Source: the human T2T-CHM13v2.0 reference genome, Homo sapiens
Assembly: GCF_009914755.1 (NCBI RefSeq)
Contig: NC_060926.1
Length of the DNA: 64,000 nt
Strand: one strand, 5' to 3'
Shown: one piece after another, positions 62,278-64,000 of the stretch
Layout of the letters: the number at the start of each line of letters is the position of its first letter
How positions within the stretch are numbered: the stretch's first letter is position 1
Program-made: the position numbers and the translations under genes
The notes under the pieces: generated by a model
The model's input: only the letters and a program-made list of their open reading frames with translations
What the model was told of the DNA's origin: nothing
Database searches by the model: none

Positions 62278-62433
62278 TGTTTTGTTTTGTTTTTTGAGAC
62301 AGGATCTTACTTTGTTCCAGGCTGGAGTGGGAGCACAGTGGTGCAATCTCAGCTCACCGCAACCTCCGCCTCCTGGGCTACAGTGATCCTCCCACCTCAG
62401 TCTCCCAAGGAGCTGGGACCACAGGTACCACCA
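62278..62433 (-). mobile_element. Alu right-arm fragment
   Basis: Antisense right arm. Confidence 0.85.
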
Positions 62434-63009
62434 TGAGATCACTCTCAGGATCTCAAATCTCAGTGCAGGTACATAATTTCTTGCCATATCACACTACTAC
62501 ATCTTTCCTCTTAACAAATCCGAGCCTTATAAGAAGGAATTATCCTTCCATTATTACATTCAAATGATAAGACCAAACCCAGAAACTCACCATGACAGTC
62601 GTAAGGTATTTATTACTCTCTTATAATCTCAAATTTATTATTAAAATGTTTATGCCATTATAGACTTTGGAGACTCTAAGCATTATGTCCCACAACTTTC
62701 CATATTGTTCTCTTGTGAAACCCTGAATACCGCCTTTATTTATTCTACTTACTACGTCTTACTGTAACACTGTTTCACCAGTTAATCTGCTTATGCTTCT
62801 CTTCTTTAGCAGTATTAAGTTTAAAGCTGTTCTGATTGATTAGCTAGTTCCTTCTAAGAAAACACATTTAGGAGATATACTCCATCCTGCTTCCATATTC
62901 TCCTGAACTCAGTGGAAAATGATTATTATACTAACTGTGAACAAAAATATAGACTTTTCTTTCTAAGCTTTTAAATTAATGCTTTTATAATGATGATAAA
63001 TAAAAACTA

Positions 63010-63378
<369 letters not shown>

Positions 63379-63382
63379 TTAA

Positions 63383-63675
63383 TTTTTTTTTTTTTTGAGA
63401 CAGGGTCTTGCCCTGTCACCCAGGCTAGAGTACAGTGGTGTGATCATGGCTCACTGCAGCTTCAACCCCCCAGGTCCAAGCAATCCCCCCACCTTGGTCT
63501 CCAGGGTAGCTGGGACTACAGATACGCATCACCACACCCAGCTAATTTTTAAATTTTTTTGTAGAGACAGAGTCTCACTGTGTTGCCCAGGCTGGTCTTG
63601 AACTGACTCAAGAGATCCTCCCACCTCAGCCTCCCAAAGTGCTGGGATTACAGGCATGAGCTACTGTGACTAGCC
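63383..63675 (-). mobile_element. AluJ-like
   Basis: Antisense dimer. Confidence 0.92.
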
Positions 63676-64000
63676 ATTTAATTTTTTAAAAAACTTTACT
63701 TGAGGCCACCCTCTGTTTCTTTTGTAAGCAGGAATATAATAAATACTACCATATTGATAAAGTGTTGTTTGCTTTAAATAGATCTGTGATAATCTACTTC
63801 TTAGAAGTGGAAAAAATCAAATCATTCAAATGGACTCAATTATATATTCTGGTGTGAATTATGAGATAATTGACATCAATCAATTTTATGGATAGTATAT
63901 TGACGTTCGTTCTACAAACAGACAAAGAAGTTCTAAGGTAGAGATATTTACAAGGTCTAAGTTGAAAGCCACAATGTAGAACATGGCACTAGAGAAATCA

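Overview
Human (primate) genomic DNA. It is AT-rich and Alu-dense (about 45 Alu pieces) and carries the 3' part of PUS10 (tRNA pseudouridine synthase 10) on the minus strand. I reconstructed 14 coding exons by hand. They have GT-AG boundaries with matching phases and total 1122 nt (373 aa plus stop, HAAWLLVKQ...WPPALDD*), including the catalytic GREDVD exon. There is a ~2.2 kb 3' UTR, and one very long intron runs from 31388 past the window end. The rest is transposon-derived: Alus, old L1/L2/MIR/CR1, an HERV-S/HERVL18 env remnant with an LTR18, a MER52-family solo LTR, MER1A, MER2, MER85, a solo Hsmar1 TIR and a tailless 5S rRNA retropseudogene. I see no evidence of a new gene or a novel multi-gene system, and most short ORFs in the track are Alu, LTR or microsatellite artefacts. 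The most notable observations are four. (1) A U12-type minor intron splits the GTYIKE active-site motif. (2) A 93-nt intron is in frame and stop-free. (3) There is a cluster of locally templated insertions/dispersed duplications, two of them at equivalent positions of the Alu monomer. (4) A head-to-head Alu pair is only 13 bp apart. Repeat family names come from recalled consensus sequences, not from a database search.
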